From positions 248,001 through 312,000 of the forward strand of contig JAPEUD010000006.1 in assembly GCA_026026165.1 (NCBI GenBank): a stretch of DNA of 64,000 nucleotides, in the 5' to 3' direction. Shown one piece after another: positions 49,484 through 61,400 of the stretch (its first letter is position 1; the number at the start of each line of letters is the position of its first letter). Below the pieces are notes generated by a model. The model had not been told where the DNA came from. It was given only the letters and a program-made list of their open reading frames with translations, and searched no databases. The stretch comes from Sarea resinae. Its lineage: Eukaryota. Position numbers and translations under genes: made by a program.

Positions 49484-50655
49484 CTAGATCTTCAAGGTGC
49501 TCTCGAACGCCTTTCTCTTCTTCTCCGTGCGTGCGTTGGCCTTGGCACCCATGATACCACCACCCCAGTGACGCTTTTGCTCCTCGTACTTCTCGGTATA
49601 TCCCTCCTTGATGGCCGACACGAGCTTCGAGAACTCCGACTTATCCTCGGAACGGACCTCGGTGAGAGCGAGAACTGCGGCGGTCTGTATATTTATGTTA
49701 GCATGGAATCCTGAAAAGGAGCGGCCTTATAAGTGTGCGCACCTTCTTGTGCACAACAGTCCCGAGTCTAGCCTTGCCCTTAATGATGGCGTATGGAACA
49801 CCCATCTTTCGGCAAAGGGCAGGAAGGAAAATGACAAGCTCGATGGGGTCGACATCATTGGGGATCAGAACCAGGCTAGCCTTCTTGTTCTCGATCAAGC
49901 CCACGACGTGGTTGAGGCCGTACTTGGCAACGTAAGGCTTCTTGCTGACATCCTCCTTCTTCTTGCCCTCGGATACTGCAGTGGCTTCCTTGAGCAGTCT
50001 CTCCTTCTTCTCGGCCTTGGTCTCCGGTCGATACTTGTTCAGGAGCTTAAAGGCTTGGGCAGCAGTGTTACGGTCGAGGACTTGCTGGAATTGGGCGATG
50101 GCTGGGGGAACTTTGAGACGGAGGTTGAGGATCTTCTTTTGGCGTTGAAGACGGACGTATTCGGGCCATCTCACCATGCGCGAGAGGTTACGCTTGGGCT
50201 GGATGTCCTGACCGATACCAAAGTTACGGGGACGCTTCTCGATGAGCGGATTCTGTTTGAAGTGATTCGCTCGTCAGTAAAGTCAAGTCAATTATATCGA
50301 ACATGGAGAGTAGTTGCTACATACCTTGACAGTCTTCTTGGAGCTGCCGGCCTTGCCCTGAGGGAAGGGCGCGGGCGCCGCTTTACGTCCGGATTTTGGA
50401 GGCTGTCATTGAGAAAAGAAGAACATCAGCGAATCTTATCCACTAAAGCTTCTTTTGCTCTAAAGAACCGCAAAGGGCATTTCTGCGCCTCAGCGGCTCA
50501 AGCCATGTCCATCATCGACACCACCAAGCTCAGTGAGCGAGGAGCGACCGATGGAAAGTGCGCGCGCGCATGCGACGGAAGCTGCGAAGAGCCGAGGATC
50601 GCAGAGGCGTAGCAGCGGCTTGAAATTCGAGGAACAGGCGTTATATGCTTACCAT
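49484..50655 (-). CDS. RPL8: 60S ribosomal protein eL8 (L7A), 4 exons
   Basis: ATG-only first exon (ATG|GTAAGC). [77 protein letters not shown]. Introns 50404-50652, 50253-50324 and 49685-49742. Confidence 0.97.
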
Positions 50656-51453
50656 GTCGGCTGTCGTTGAAGGTTGGCTGGTTGTCGACTGAACGGGTTG
50701 CTGGTTGCAAGCTTCGTCTCTCGTTTGGTGTTGCAAAAGTTCGTGATTACTTAAGCGAGACTCGGCTGTGGGAGCAGACTAGGGTACGAGCCCTGACAAT
50801 ATGGAAGTGAGCGACCGGAACAAACAAACTACGAAGACCATCTCAACTTGAAGCGGGAAGAACGATGAGAACTCCAAGATCATGAGAAATTATCTTGGAG
50901 CTACATATTTTTGCGGTACCCCAATCGGATTTGAGAACATATAACATATGGATTCTGATTCTGGTTTTATTCTTTTCGCTCCCGCAAGACAAGGCAAGAC
51001 AGGCATATAAGTCTCTAACGCTCGATAATGACGATAACAATCAAACGCCAAACCAGTTGACCAGGCGCCAATGATGCCGAGTAAACTCCTGTCCTGTACA
51101 TATCCCGTATCATACCAATTAGAAGGGAACTGCTATCAAGTAAGCAAGCTAATAAACGCCAAGCTTGTAACTTTGTGTTTATGAATATCAAAATGAGACA
51201 CATGCCATGGATGCAAGGCCAGACTCCGCTCAACCTAAAACGAACGCCCCAACGCTATGTGTGGTATTTCCCCCTCCGCGGCTTTCAGATCTCTGAAAAA
51301 TAGACGAAGTAGCAGTATAAGCAGAGAAATGTAGACAGAAAAACAGATAAAGCAAATAACATAAGCAAAGAAGGAAAGACTTATGGTAAACCTTACGGTG
51401 AACAAGCAAGTCACGGCAAGTCAGTCTAGCTTTGCGTGATCGGCGTATGTATC

Positions 51454-53485
51454 TCAAGTCTTTCCCATGCCAAGCAATACAAGCAACGCAACATTCATAA
51501 TAGCAATTACGAGCCAGATCAAAACGGCCAGTATGGCAATGATGGGATGATTCCGCATTTTGACGCCCCTAACAGACTGCCGCTGTTCGTCTTCCTCGGA
51601 CTCCGAAGAGGAGCGCATCTCCTCTCCTGCGCTGGTGCTGCCGGCATTGTTTTCACCCTCTTGGTGGGCAGCACCGGTATCGATAGCCGCATCAACAGTC
51701 ATGTAGCGATTACGGCAGGTGAAGTAGATCAAAGGCGCGGAGACGAATGGAAGAATGACGCTCAGAGCAACCTGGGTGCCGTTCAGTGCGGCAGATAGGC
51801 CATCTTTTCCCACGGCCGCGGCGATGATGATCGAGGGAGTGATGGAGACGGCACGGGTGACGAGGCGACGCAGCCAGGGGGCTACGGTCCAGTGGATCGC
51901 GCCCTCGCTAACCATCTGCCCTGCGATGGTGGCAACGATACCAGCTGAGATACCGGAGAGGAGAAGCGCGAGAGCGAATATAGTACCCGCCGCTGGAGCT
52001 ATGGTTTGGGAAAGAAGGGAATGGATACCAAACAGGTCAGCGGATTCGGCAGCGGGTGTGGAGGAGAGCGATGCGCCTGCAACAATGAGGATGGCGCTGT
52101 TGACGAAGAGAGCAAACGATAGCAGGGATATGGTGAGTTCGACGATTGAATACGAAAGACAGGATCGAATGGCCGCGAGTGAGGGTCGGTACTTGGGGAG
52201 GTCGTAGTCGGAAGCTGAGGGCTCTGGGACGTCAACGCCGGCGTTGATGTCGAACTCTCGGAGACGCGACTGCACAATCCCACTTCCTAGGTAGAGACTG
52301 TGAGGCATGACTGTCGCACCTAGAATACCACAACTTTGGTAGATTCTGTAAACCCAGGTCAGTCGTGTTCTGAAGGCAGGGAACGATCTCACACACCCGT
52401 TTGACTCTATTAGGTACCGGGACGGTAAATAGCCTTGAAAGACCTCGCCCACGGATGTATTTTTTATCAACGATAGTTGAATGCAGAAGCAGACCACAAC
52501 GCCCAATACTAATGCTGCCACAAAGTATTCGAATGCCCGTAGACGTTTCATGGATCCAGTACCATTGTAGAAGAGCAAAATAATGAGTACATCAACTAGA
52601 GTGATGGCGCACCCGGCTACCAAAGGAATATGGAGCAGAACGTCCAAGGCGATTGCAGATCCAATGACCTGCGAAACGTTTAAATGGCTGTTCGATTCAT
52701 AGGGTATGTTGGCTTAGATATACACACCTCGGCGATATCCGTAGCAATAATGGCAGCTTCTGCAAGAATATAAAGAGAGAAGTTTAGCCACCTAGGAAGA
52801 TGCGCCCTGCAATTCTCGGCCAGATTCATGCCCGTGACTGTACCCAACTTTATGCAAAGTGATTGAAGGAAGACGGCGAAGAAGTTGGCCATTAATATTA
52901 TGAAGAGTAAACGGAATTTGAAGGAAGCTCCCGCAGCGACGTCCGTAGAATAATTGCCAGGGTCTATGTAGGCAACACTGTTGCACATCCTCGAGTCAGT
53001 CACTCTTTTCTACCTAGTAGGTAACATGAGATAGGCGAACGCTTAAATACTCACGAAATCATAAGACCTGGTCCGATGAACTTGCCAAACTTTAGTAACA
53101 TTTGCTGTCCTCGGCGGTATTTGTCTTCGACCAGCTTGAAAAATCGAGAGCAGACGGTCTTATTGTCCCTCAAAGGTGAGCCATCATGACGCATTTTTAT
53201 TGACTCTTCCTTCGATTTATCTGGCTCTCCAGAGTCAGATAGTTCGATGTCTGCCTTCCCCTGGTCTGGCCCATTATTATCCACGGGCTTCGCTGCATTG
53301 TCATGCAGACTGCTGTGAGATGAATTGACCGCAGCGGCCAATCTACTCTGATGATCTCGTTCTAATCTTGAAGTCGCCAGCCCATTGATGTCTTGACGAG
53401 TCGTAACGTTGGGTAGGAATTGGGGCGGATTCTGATTCCAATCGCCCCGAGCCAGCGCCTCCTCGGGACGGGACGGAAAATTCAT
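51454..53485 (-). CDS. NRAMP/SMF divalent metal (Mn/Fe) transporter
   Basis: KFIGPGLMIS|VAYIDPGNYSTD, AIIATDIAE|VIGSAIAL, ILGATVMPHSLYLGS, TIAGQMVSEG. Three introns near 52978-53054, 52669-52727 and 52347-52397. Confidence 0.95.
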
Positions 53486-54169
53486 ATCGCAGACAGGGGA
53501 ATAAATCGCGCTTCATGTAGTCGTCGTCGTCGTCGTCGTTGTGAATTGCAATTTGGCTTTTTCTTATTTTGAGAGTAAAAGAGGAACATAAGACCAGGGG
53601 CTACGTGGTGAGAAGGGTCGTGTTCTTGATTGTAGAACTGTTGACATATATGGAGAAAGGCAATGAAGAAGTCATGCATGACGATGATGATTCGGCAATA
53701 GATCTTGACTCTTTACGGTTCTTTCCGAACCCGTTTGGGATGGTGGGGGATCACGTGTGTGGAGATCCCGGAAATGGTCGGAACTGTCTGGCCTATTCCC
53801 TATTCGTTCGCGTTTCCCCAGATCCAATTGCCTCGATACATCTGCAGGCCCCGGGGCAGCCATCCTTTAGTTGTCGTTGCCCCATTTTCCATTGCTCCGA
53901 AGCAGATTCTCATCGGAGAGGGCACGCGACGACTTTCCATTCTCTTCTCGTTACGAGTACGGTGTTGACGGTTGATCCCGGTTGAGGGGAAGATACCGAT
54001 AGGACTGACCGAGGAGTCAGGGCATGCCGGTCCCCTCTAAAGTGATACCAATGAAGGCGAGAATCACACTTGCTGAGCAAGGGTAGCCTCTCTAGTCTGG
54101 AAATTGAGATCGCACTCCTGTATTGCCGCGAGAGTACAGAAAGGTGAAGAAAGGAGTCCGCAATGATCG

Positions 54170-54540
54170 CATTGTCTTAAAACTCGTGACGGACTGCATA
54201 TTAATTACACCTCTCTAGAGTCTCTGTTTTCTTCCTCTTTCTCTTTCTCTATCTCTTAATTTTAAATACAGCAGAGGATATCGAATAAGAGTACACTCTT
54301 ACGAGATAAGATTACCTATTTAGGTCCTTATAAGGTACTACCTTTTTGTATGAATCTTTTACCTTAGTCTCTTAGCAAGTAACTATGAATCTCTTACAGT
54401 TATAGAACGTGAATAAGGAGTCATAAATCAATAGCTGTAGTAACAGCCTAATTAATAGTGAGCAAAGCTGTGTGTACTACGTGTATAGACAGGCATATAT
54501 TAATAGTAAACTCTTTACGCTAAAGGAAATTCTTCGAGCA
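54170..54540. mobile_element. Small AT/TpA-rich patch, possible RIP-degraded repeat relic
   Basis: Abrupt rise in TA dinucleotides and loss of ORFs (e.g. ttaattttaaatac, taagattacctatttaggtccttataagg). No terminal repeats or transposon domains are recognisable. Confidence 0.35.
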
Positions 54541-55533
54541 ATACGAAAGTGAAAGGGGAGCATACCTACCGTATGTAGGTAGGCATTGCTTCCTGTATAA
54601 AGTCACCCCAACACGCGGTAGGCGCGGCGCCGCCTAAGAAGCCGCCGTCGTGGGCCTTACTTACCTTGACCTCACCTTTCTTAACCATACCTCACCAACT
54701 ATCCTAGAACACCACCGCGTTCCGCTCGCGAATTGAGGACCTTATCACTTCATCACATCATTTCCAGCAAGTACGCATGGCGAACAGCTGATTTGGAATA
54801 TTGTTTTATTCTATGCCATACCTCGTGTGTAACAGAAAGGAAAGAACAGAAGAGAAAGAAGAAAGAAAGAAAGAAAGACAGAAAGAAATTACAGATTCCA
54901 CCCAAGCACTTTTAGTCGGTCGGTATGTTAAATACTAAGACCGCTATACCTTTACTTGAGCCAGGAGAGGTCGTATTGGTGCATCTGTCAACACAGGAAA
55001 GAAGGAAAAAGAGGAAAAGAAAATCAGAAAAAAAAAAGACCAAGATACCGCCAACTTAACAAGCAACTTAGTCCAACCCAAACCAAAGCAAATCGGAGGG
55101 TCAATTCTCAGTACCAAAGCCAAGTCATTGTCGTTCATGCAGTCATGGTATCATGCCCACCAAGCAAGGCTAGGAATGAGTGAAGCTCGCTGATTGATGC
55201 TTTCGAATATCATATCCATTCAACCGCCATCGAAAAGAAAAGCCAACCAAGTGTGACAGTCATCGTCTTCATAAGCAACGAAAAGAAAAGAAAAGGACAA
55301 AGAGAAGCACGTACTGTGCGCCCCATCCTTTACCTTTCAAAAATCCCCCGAGTCCTGTACAGCAAATCATCATAAGGAATAGGAGCCGGATCAGAGAGGA
55401 GTAAGTAAAAAAGGATGCATCTCATAATGCGGCCATGCTAGAGGCTATCATCCGGAGAGAGAGATAAGCCCGCCCTATTCTCCGCGACACGCACGGGCAT
55501 TATGACCGCTGCCGATGCCGATCGGACGTACAA

Positions 55534-57138
55534 CTAGCCATCCATATTGTGAGCTTGCAACAACTCGGTCCATTCCTTCTCCATACCGAGATCCTTCATA
55601 GCCTGTAAGTTCCCTCCTAGGACTTTCTTGATTTTGTTGCGCATATTTCCCACAGAGTATTTAGCATCGGCTTTGTCCTTCAAGGCTTTTATGAGTTCTT
55701 CAACATCAGTTTCCAACCTATTCAGCTGGACTTGATTTCTATCCTGCTCTGCAGCGTAAGCCCCTTCTTCCGGGAGCGCTGCCAGGAGGTCGTCCACCAT
55801 CGACTTGTACACATCCTTTTCCTTGATGAGTCTTCGAATTGTCTCCCTCAATTGGGTCACCAACAACTTGTGCTGGAGCGTCTCGGCTGGATTGTCACTG
55901 ATTTGGGCGTCAGGGCGGGTGATGCCGAGTAGTCCCCGTTGCCTCTTGGGTGGAGGCGCCTGGAAGCTACTACTCTCTCCGTCTCCATTGGCTTTCGAAG
56001 AATTTCGTTTCGCACGAGTGGCCTCATCCAAAGATGGTCCCGTTCTCGCCGGCTCTTCAGACGTTGTAATTCGTGGATAAAACTCTTCGTCGTTCAGAAA
56101 TAGCGATGAGCTATTGGTAAAATGCTGCCTAGGGCTGTCTGGAGGGGGAGTCGAATCTAGGATTGAGTGCCTTGTAGCGGTCGTGGAGGTCTCGGTAGAG
56201 GGAACCGGAACATCTGAGATTTGAAGAGATCGGCGATGATCTCCCTGGTTTGTGGTTTTTTTTGGGTCTCTGTTTTCGCTCCGCATAGCATCGGCTTCAT
56301 TGTTCTTGGACTTTTTGGGGGCTATTCTGGAGCGCTCGCCATTCTTAGAGGTGCGCCTATGTGGTTCTGCAACCGGTTGACGATGATTACCCTGGTTTGT
56401 GGAATCCTTTGTCTTATCCTTTTTGTTCCGCTCAGCATTTGTTTCCTTGCCATTGGACTTATGAAGGTCTTTCCTGGGGCGCTCGCGATTATGAATGGCG
56501 CTCCCAAAGGATGATTCTCCCAGACCTTGCTGCTCTCCCCAGTTCTCCTTCTGCCGAGCTATGGTGCGTTCCTCGTCAGAATCGCTTACATCGGAGAATG
56601 TCTTGTCACCCAAGAACTCGTAAAGTCGACCCGTATTGAATAGCTTCGCAAATTCAGGCTTACGGCCATCTGGACGGAGTGCAGGGCGGCCACGATTTGG
56701 CCGACTTGCTCGAACACCACCCCTCTCAGGGGTGAAGTCATCCGGCCAGAAGACTCCACGCTCACGGGGTGTGTATAAGGGGCAATTGAGTATATCATAC
56801 GCAGCCTTGTCGTCCAGCTTTACCCACCGTGGAGGTTCGTTTGTGCCTTTGATAAGCTGGCCGATATCTTGTCCCCAGAGTTTCCAATTCTTCGGTTCAT
56901 CACCTGCAGCTCCATCGCCGTCACCATCTTCCCATACGACGTATTTGTCACCTTCCTTTGACATTTCATGATTGGTATATTTCCACGATATGACATCGTC
57001 AGGGCTTGCATGAAGAGGAATATTCGATATGGTATTGACGTATCCGTCTGGCCGTGATGGCGTCATTGACTTCCTAACGCTTCGTCTTACAAAACCATCT
57101 ACTGCCAGTCCATCTCTGGTCGGACTGTTCACAGGCAT
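55534..57138 (-). CDS. Hypothetical protein (534 aa): charged disordered middle, predicted C-terminal coiled coil
   Basis: Long uninterrupted ORF with start context gcagccATG and a probable 5'-UTR intron (GTGAGT near 57214, CCAG near 57152). No family recognised. Confidence 0.7.
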   Translation of the reverse strand: MPVNSPTRDGLAVDGFVRRSVRKSMTPSRPDGYVNTISNIPLHASPDDVISWKYTNHEMSKEGDKYVVWEDGDGDGAAGDEPKNWKLWGQDIGQLIKGTNEPPRWVKLDDKAAYDILNCPLYTPRERGVFWPDDFTPERGGVRASRPNRGRPALRPDGRKPEFAKLFNTGRLYEFLGDKTFSDVSDSDEERTIARQKENWGEQQGLGESSFGSAIHNRERPRKDLHKSNGKETNAERNKKDKTKDSTNQGNHRQPVAEPHRRTSKNGERSRIAPKKSKNNEADAMRSENRDPKKTTNQGDHRRSLQISDVPVPSTETSTTATRHSILDSTPPPDSPRQHFTNSSSLFLNDEEFYPRITTSEEPARTGPSLDEATRAKRNSSKANGDGESSSFQAPPPKRQRGLLGITRPDAQISDNPAETLQHKLLVTQLRETIRRLIKEKDVYKSMVDDLLAALPEEGAYAAEQDRNQVQLNRLETDVEELIKALKDKADAKYSVGNMRNKIKKVLGGNLQAMKDLGMEKEWTELLQAHNMDG

Positions 57139-58491
57139 GGCTGCAGAGCACCTGGTAACAAACTCTTCAAGATATCAGATATCTGTAAAGATGAGACGAA
57201 ATCATGACACTCACAGAAATATTGATGATGAGGCGCGTTACAGAAGCTCCCTGGCGCGTTCAAAACGCGACAAAACGCCGTCTTCTGTTGTTTTGTGGAC
57301 TCAAGTGTTGTTTGATGAGATGATGTTGTGATCTAAACCCGAGTGGTAGACTGGCCTTTTGCAATTTGAAAACCTTGGTGAGTGGTATTCTTCACAAGCT
57401 TTTCGACTATGCTTTCCGACTGGTGGCTTGATGCAAGCCGTTGATGGAAAAGAGATGGGATACTGTGAGAATTGGTTGGTGATGATGTATGGGTAGGGTG
57501 TTGAGGGTTGAAGCTTGAAATGCGGCAGCAATTCTCGCTGCAATTTATAGTCACCGAGAGGGTTGCCATGAGAAGCCAGCACGGCAAGCGACCCATTCAC
57601 TTTTCCAATTCGGCGCGAGCGCGGCGGGCCTGGAGTCGATGTGAATTTGTTATTGTGTTATGATGTGATGATGTTGTGGGTGAATTCTAGCTAGTATATA
57701 CCAACATTCACTACCAGCAACCTCGAGTCCCATTCGATTCTAAGAGGAGAAGGAACGCAACACATCAAACATTCATTCAGGGAATGACCCCCGTCGCTAG
57801 GTAAGTATGGACAAACAGGGCAAAGTCTTTCCCAGAGAGAAGGTACGCTTTATATGACCTCAGATCTCTAGATCAACAATCGCACCTTCTAATTCGAGTT
57901 GATACTGCACTGGTCTTGCGGGATCAAATTCAAACCGCGCATGATAAGAAAGGCCTGCTTTGCGATTAATGGCAGAAAGAGGCAAGAGTGTCTGGATCCC
58001 TGGAACGTGGTGGCTCAGCTGAGCGAAGGGCGCGCTGATAGCTCCAAAAACGCCCTCAGGCAGACGGTGATTAGCACCGTGGGGCCATTGCAATTGAAAA
58101 GCATACACATAGCGGAACATAGTACCATGCTTATGAGGTACACGAACGAGATAAATGCGATAGCAGCCTCTTGCCGTTTTGCGTGCCTTGCCTAAGGTAT
58201 CTACCCTCAGTTGCAAGCACGCGACGTTAGCACCAGTAGTAGTAGTAGCAGTGATGTACAAATATATTGGAACAAAGCATGCACAGGTGAAAACCCGAAC
58301 GGAAAAGCTCTCAAACTCCACAATCGATCGCCCAGCAAATGCTCCGTCTTAGATTGCATGGAAGTGAGTACAATCCACACACGCTTATGAAAAAAAATAA
58401 GGGGATAGGATAAGCAATATATCAACACTGTCAATCGCGAAGGCGATAAATCTTCTGGCAAAAGCAAAGAATGGCTTCAACCCAGCAGTGC

Positions 58492-61400
58492 TTATCGCCT
58501 AAACGCCCCGGCGATATCGTCCCTCCTCCAGTCTAACTCGACACTGCCCTCATACACGCTATCGACGATCCGTCTTGTACGATCGCCGACCTGAAGATAT
58601 TTCTCCTCGCATTCCTTCAAGACCTTTGAAACTAGGTCTCGACTCAAACTAGGCTGATCTGCGTCGCCAAAATGTTTCTCGACACGCTTTTTGAGGGCTT
58701 CAATACCGCGCCGGAGTTCTTTGCTGTCGTAAGCAGAGAGGAGCTTTTTAAATGTGGAGCGCGAGTGAGATGCCCGAGCTGCGATCGTTGGGGGAGACTG
58801 GGCAGCAAGTAGCAGGGATTCCGTGGATTCGACAAAATCCTAGGAGAGAGCCTTGTTAGATGATCGTATGTTTGGTGCCAAGAAGAGGACGACTACATAC
58901 CAGCAATTTACCAAGTGGCCTTCGCACAATGGCGTCCAGATACAAGCCCATATGCTCATTCATCTCCTGCCCCGCCGTTCGTTTCCACTCCTCCAGAACG
59001 AGGTTGTCTCGATCATCCACTTCCTCTATGTAATGGTTCATGTTCTCGATCAGTAAGATGTGATAATTCAATGCTTCCTTGTCTTCTGGGTCACCTGCCC
59101 CCTGTCCGTGAATACCCTGAGCGGCCATGATTGCCGGGCTTTCTTTAGCAATAATGTTCAAGCTCTCAAACATGGCCTTGTTGATCTTTTGATACGCTTC
59201 ATCTACCAGGCCACGGATGTCAAGCTCCTCGAGTTCGGACAAGGAAGATAACATATTCTCCACAGCAGCCGAAAAATGAGGGAACGTCTTCATGAATGCA
59301 ATAACACCTTTTCTCTTCTTGATTTTGACTTTAGTGTCCTCAATGGCACGAATTTGCTCATCAATGAAGCGATGGAAGAGACCCGCAAGTCGATCATGAA
59401 CTTTCTGTAGTGTTCGGATCAGATAATCCTGATTTGTATCCTCGAGGAACAGTATTTGATGCTCGAGAGATCCCAACACACCAACCCCTTGTCTATTGCG
59501 TAGTTAGCCAATCTGTAGATATCGATTACAAAACACGGCATTGACTTACAAGGGATCAGCTGCAATCGCCCAGTCGACAAGGTTTTGTAAGTCACCAGCC
59601 CAAAAACTGAACATGTCATCCATCAAATGAGACAATAGTCTAGTCATGCTCTTATCTGGATCGACAGGCCGTTTCGCTGAAAGATTAGTGCCCCTTCTGG
59701 CGGCCGGGGGGGCAGCTGTGACCGCATCTGCAAAATCGACATTCTCGATAGACGAAACATGGAAGAAATCAAGAACAAAATTCTGCTCCTCAAATATCAG
59801 GGGGATGATTTCTTTCAGGGCTCCAGCGAAAGCCTCGAAAGTATAAAGCTTCCCATCTTGCGTCTTAGCGCCCGCAACACGGGTGTGAGTTCCTTCACTC
59901 TGGGTTGCGCGTAATGTCTTGGCTAATGTCTGACTTCGCTTCACGGTAAGCTTTCGAGCGGTTGTGGCTAGTCCTTCGGCCTCTTTTTCGGCACTAGTGA
60001 AAAGTATCTCTTGCTCTTCGCTCGTCGCTTTCCTGGTGGCTCTCTTCCAGGCGAACACATTTTCCCTGAACTCCTCCTGGTAAGGCTTTTTGATGTCACC
60101 GACGTATAATCTCATCAGCTCTTCCCAACCCACGGTGTCCATCTCACGTGAGAACAGCATCAAAGGACTGTAAGACCATAAGCCCTCTCGGGAGACATCG
60201 TGGACTCTCGGATCCAATTTAGTTGCTTGCCTGGCAAGATCACCACCTCGACTTCGTTCGATTTCAGCAGTTGCCCTACCCATGGCCAAGCGGAACATCT
60301 GTTCCATATGCAGCTTCAGACGCCTCAAGAAGTCAATGCTCTCACTCATATATCCGTCTCTCTTTTCCCGCAAGGCTCTCATACTCCCGACTTCGCCATT
60401 GTAGCCTCCTATGGTCCTCGCACCGAGACTGGTTTGCTCAGCCAAAGGGAGGACAGAGGCATCAGATCCTTGTCGAATTGTAGGCTCTATGGTGATCATA
60501 GCTTTGTAGAGCAATGATAGTGAAGCCTCTGCAGCCTCCAGTCCCTCAGGAGTACTTATGTTGGCTCTTCTCAAGCTCTGGAGCTGTGAGGAGGAAATGG
60601 AGATGGTCTGAAGAAGATGTTCTAATTCGGTGTGTAGGAGCTTCTGGTTTGCCGTTTGGACTTGGAGTCCCTGGGATTGCGCTTCGATGAAGGCGATATC
60701 GTCATTCAGTGTCTATGATAGAAATTAGCGTGGAACTTGAAGATGGCCTAGGATCAATCATACGCTTAGTTCAACACCGTAGAGAGTTAGAAGGCCTTCA
60801 AGCTCATCACATTCGGCGATCGCTTTATCCAGCAGCTTTTCAACGGTCTCCACCCGATCATCTTTTTGCTCAAGATGGCCGAGCCAGCTCCCTGCCTCAA
60901 CTCTGCCGATTTCCCGTTTGATATCCACTTCCAGTGTCTCGACCTTTTTAGTTCGGCCATCTTCACCTCCCCATCCAAAGTCGCCGAGGACGGAATCAAT
61001 GTCAACGGTGGCACCTTCTAATATGCTAGGGTTGATATCCAAGGACGTGAGGTATTTTGCGGTCAGACCGGAGCGTCGCTTCTGGCGCCGGGCTTCTTCA
61101 GCCTTCGGAGACTTAGACCGTGATGTCTCTGGTGATGGTGCTCGTGGTTTCTCTTCTTGAGGAGTTGCTAGCTTGTCCTGGTCCTTTGTAGCTTCACTCG
61201 TGGGCTCTGAGACTTTGACCTCGGGCACCTGTTCTGCTGGCAATGATGACCGCGCAGCAGCCTTGAGAGGTAAATCAGGTGCACTACTTTGGGAAGGACT
61301 GTCTGCACTGAGGCCTCGAAGCAATGAGGGAGCAGGCACAACAGCATTAATGCCATCTGGCCCCTCCGCCTTTGGTTTCTCCTCGCGTAATCGTTCGCCC

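Noticed and set aside
49608..50612. 334-aa ORF antisense to RPL8, crossing its introns
   Set aside because: Biased codon use in ribosomal protein genes commonly leaves antisense frames open; no recognisable protein.
50404..50652. Possible C/D snoRNA in RPL8 intron 1 (ATGATG..CTGA)
   Set aside because: The C box is imperfect, there is no clear terminal stem or rRNA guide, and one CTGA is the branch point. An Rfam or snoscan run would be needed.
30736..53485. Possible functional gene cluster (vosA, CA, AKR, PrnX-like, SMF)
   Set aside because: No backbone enzyme or shared pathway, and housekeeping genes are interspersed. The PrnX-like gene has no proline-utilisation neighbours.
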